DNA of 64,000 bases. Origin: Deltaproteobacteria bacterium (GTDB lineage: Bacteria > Myxococcota_A > Polyangia > Fen-1088). The stretch covers positions 96,001 to 160,000 of the forward strand of contig JANRKS010000028.1 of NCBI GenBank assembly GCA_033763315.1, given 5' to 3'. Position numbers and translations under genes: made by a program. The notes under the pieces were generated by a model. That model worked only from the letters and a program-made list of their open reading frames with translations, was not told where the DNA came from and searched no databases. Shown one piece after another: positions 63,209 to 64,000 of the stretch; the first letter of the stretch is position 1, and every line of letters starts with the position of its first letter.

Positions 63209-64000
63209 ATGAAGTTACGGTTTTCTCGTCGTCGTTTCTTATCGTCAACCACGCTGGGTGCGGTTTCGGTCCTGCCCTTTTACAAGGCCCTGACTCCGCA
63301 GGCGCAAGCCGCGCCCAATGCGAAATTTCTGGCGGTGATGTACAACCCGTTCGGCGTTGTGCGCTCGAATTGGTTTCCAGCCACCACGGGACGCAACTTT
63401 GAATTCAAGGCCTCAAGCGCTCCTTTGGCCGCGGTGAAGAACGACCTGATCATGTTGTCACGCATCGACAACGCGATGGGTGAGAAGAACGAATGCAAGA
63501 ACGGCCTCGACCAACACCAAGCCGGCGTCAGTTCCCTCTTCGCGGGCGCCAACATGAAACCCGGCAAGTTCGGCTCCGGCCCTGGTGGCCCCACCATCGA
63601 TAGCCAGGTGGCCAAACACCTTTTCCCCGATCGCCATCACGATCAAGTTGTGATCAACCTGGGCGTGCGGTCCACCGAGCATGGCGACGCATGGATCCGC
63701 TATCTGTTCTTGAAGACCGATGGCTCGATCGTGAATTCCGAGGACGATCCAGGCAAAGCCTTTGCTGCGTTGTTCGGGGCAGGCGGCACCGCGGGCGCAC
63801 CACCCGCGCCCAAGAAGCCATTCACCGGCCTCAAAGACGCGCTGAAGGACGACTTGCTAACTTTCGAGAAGCGGCTTGCCACGCCAGAGCGCGAACGTTT
63901 TCAAAAATACATGGAATCGTTTGAGGCCTACGAAAAAAGCATGGCCGTCCAGATGGCGCCGGAGAACTTGTGCAAGGATCTACCGTCATCGTCTTCCATC
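63209..64000 (+). CDS. Second DUF1552 family protein, truncated by the window end
   Basis: Not in ORF track. Own translation: MKLRFSRRRFLSSTTLGAVSVLPFYKALTPQAQAAP...GPTIDSQVA...EDDPGKAFAALFG...LATPERERFQKYMES, open to the end. Confidence 0.85.
   Translation, partial: MKLRFSRRRFLSSTTLGAVSVLPFYKALTPQAQAAPNAKFLAVMYNPFGVVRSNWFPATTGRNFEFKASSAPLAAVKNDLIMLSRIDNAMGEKNECKNGLDQHQAGVSSLFAGANMKPGKFGSGPGGPTIDSQVAKHLFPDRHHDQVVINLGVRSTEHGDAWIRYLFLKTDGSIVNSEDDPGKAFAALFGAGGTAGAPPAPKKPFTGLKDALKDDLLTFEKRLATPERERFQKYMESFEAYEKSMAVQMAPENLCKDLPSSSSI

Overview
GC-rich bacterial chromosomal segment, most likely from a Myxococcota (Polyangia-like) bacterium. That assignment is inferred from the Gly-rich-linker lipoproteins, two DUF1592/DUF1552 pairs, DUF4388, AgmX/PglI-type domains and a dnaK paralogue. 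I found about 53 protein-coding genes, two of them cut by the window edges and absent from the ORF track. I saw no rRNA, tRNA, CRISPR array, integrase or transposase. Housekeeping or common genes include argG, dnaK, an RNase Z-like MBL, an RND pump pair, an RlmM-like methyltransferase, pstS, yebC, a yadGH-like ABC pair, surE and xth. The more unusual content: (i) a globin + PAS + PAS + HAMP + MA Aer2-like chemoreceptor with a possible internal start; (ii) a recurring CTNAAS-N16-CCGAW sigma28-like motif before 4-5 genes; (iii) many genes with a TANNNT hexamer 5-8 nt before the start codon and no clear SD (apparently leaderless); (iv) a putative 3-keto-glycoside locus with a secreted VOC-VOC-DUF1080 fusion; (v) a beta-propeller sensor/NarL pair beside SGNH and BNR lipoproteins and a DUF1592/DUF1552 operon; (vi) a DUF4388-dnaK-TPR-PilZ cluster; (vii) a KaiC-like ATPase/hybrid kinase pair. 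All product calls come from motif recognition by eye, with no database searches.
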